DNA of 64,000 nucleotides. It comes from Bdellovibrionales bacterium (GTDB taxonomy: Bacteria; Bdellovibrionota; Bdellovibrionia; Bdellovibrionales; UBA1609). Where the stretch lies: positions 64,001 to 128,000 of the forward strand of contig CBDBIB010000002.1 in assembly GCA_965205945.1 (NCBI GenBank), in the 5' to 3' direction. The stretch's first letter is position 1; each line of letters begins with the position of its first letter. The position numbers and the translations under genes are program-made. The notes under the pieces are model-generated. The model searched no databases and was not told the origin of the DNA. It saw only the letters and a program-made list of their open reading frames with translations. Below, one piece after another: positions 63,436-64,000 of the stretch.

Positions 63436-63658
63436 AGATGTCTTATTATCGGACATTTATTTTTAAATGATAAGTAGGAAATAGAGCAAAACAGCTTGAA
63501 TGAAACATAATATTAGTATTTTTTAATATTTAGGATTGGCATTTGCTCTCTTTTATCATATAAAAGCCTTTACTTTTAGAGGCTTATATTCAAGAGCAAA
63601 GTTTAAACTCTTGTTAGAGAGGGGAAGCATAGGCCGCCTGCTAATAAGAAAGGACAAT

Positions 63659-63848
63659 ATGAAAACACATAGTGGTGCTCAAGAAACGTTTTCGTCTAAA
63701 GCCAGGTGGAAAAATAAAAAGAAAAAAGCGTGGGCTTCGCCATATACTTACAAATAAAACATCTAAAAGAAAAAGACATTTAGGCATGATGGATCATGTT
63801 CATATATCTGATGTTAAACAGGTAAAGCGTATGCTAGGGGTGAGGTAG
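63659..63848 (+). CDS. rpmI: 50S ribosomal protein L35 with apparent +1 frameshift
   Basis: MKTHSGA, extra C, then KKRFRLKPGGKIKRKKRGLRHILTNKTSKRKRHL. Confidence 0.9.
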
Positions 63849-63851
63849 TTC

Positions 63852-64000
63852 ATGAGAGTTAAAAGAGGAGTCGTAGCACGCAAAAGAAGAAAAAAAGTTT
63901 TAGAAAGAGCAAGTGGCTATTACTCAGCAGGTAGCAGATTATTTACTGTTGCAAAAGAAAAGAAATGATAGAGCCTTAGTTTATGGTTATAGAGATAGAA
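63852..64000 (+). CDS. rplT: 50S ribosomal protein L20 (partial, apparent +1 frameshift)
   Basis: [21 protein letters not shown], extra A, then [13 protein letters not shown]. Confidence 0.9.

Overview
AT-rich bacterial chromosome segment, most likely a Bdellovibrionota (inferred from the MAT-like fibre adhesin, Flp/Tad pilins, spdEFG2-type EF-G and gene order). Core blocks: lon, LpoA-like, dnaJ-like, grpE, hemW, M16 protease, tatBC; tRNA cluster, tuf, tRNA-Trp, secE, nusG, rplKAJL, rpoBC, rpsLG, fusA; folD, gcvT, gcvH, tRNA-Leu; clpB; iscS, mnmA, mtaB; rnc, era, der; rpmI, rplT. Accessory content: decayed IS481, IS1595 and IS1202 transposase relics, a tRNA-Leu islet with a Fic gene, an H1-like lysine-repeat protein, and a 2178-aa fibre adhesin with near-identical ~969-bp repeats and a DUF285 tip. 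The most striking unexplained structure is a 43-bp inverted repeat pair just upstream of the adhesin. Its inner 28 bp parse as XerC/XerD dif-like sites, making it a candidate Xer-invertible switch or chromosomal dif module. Three genes have strong Shine-Dalgarno sequences in front of non-canonical start codons. Four +1 frameshifts cluster in the last 1.7 kb and are probably consensus errors.
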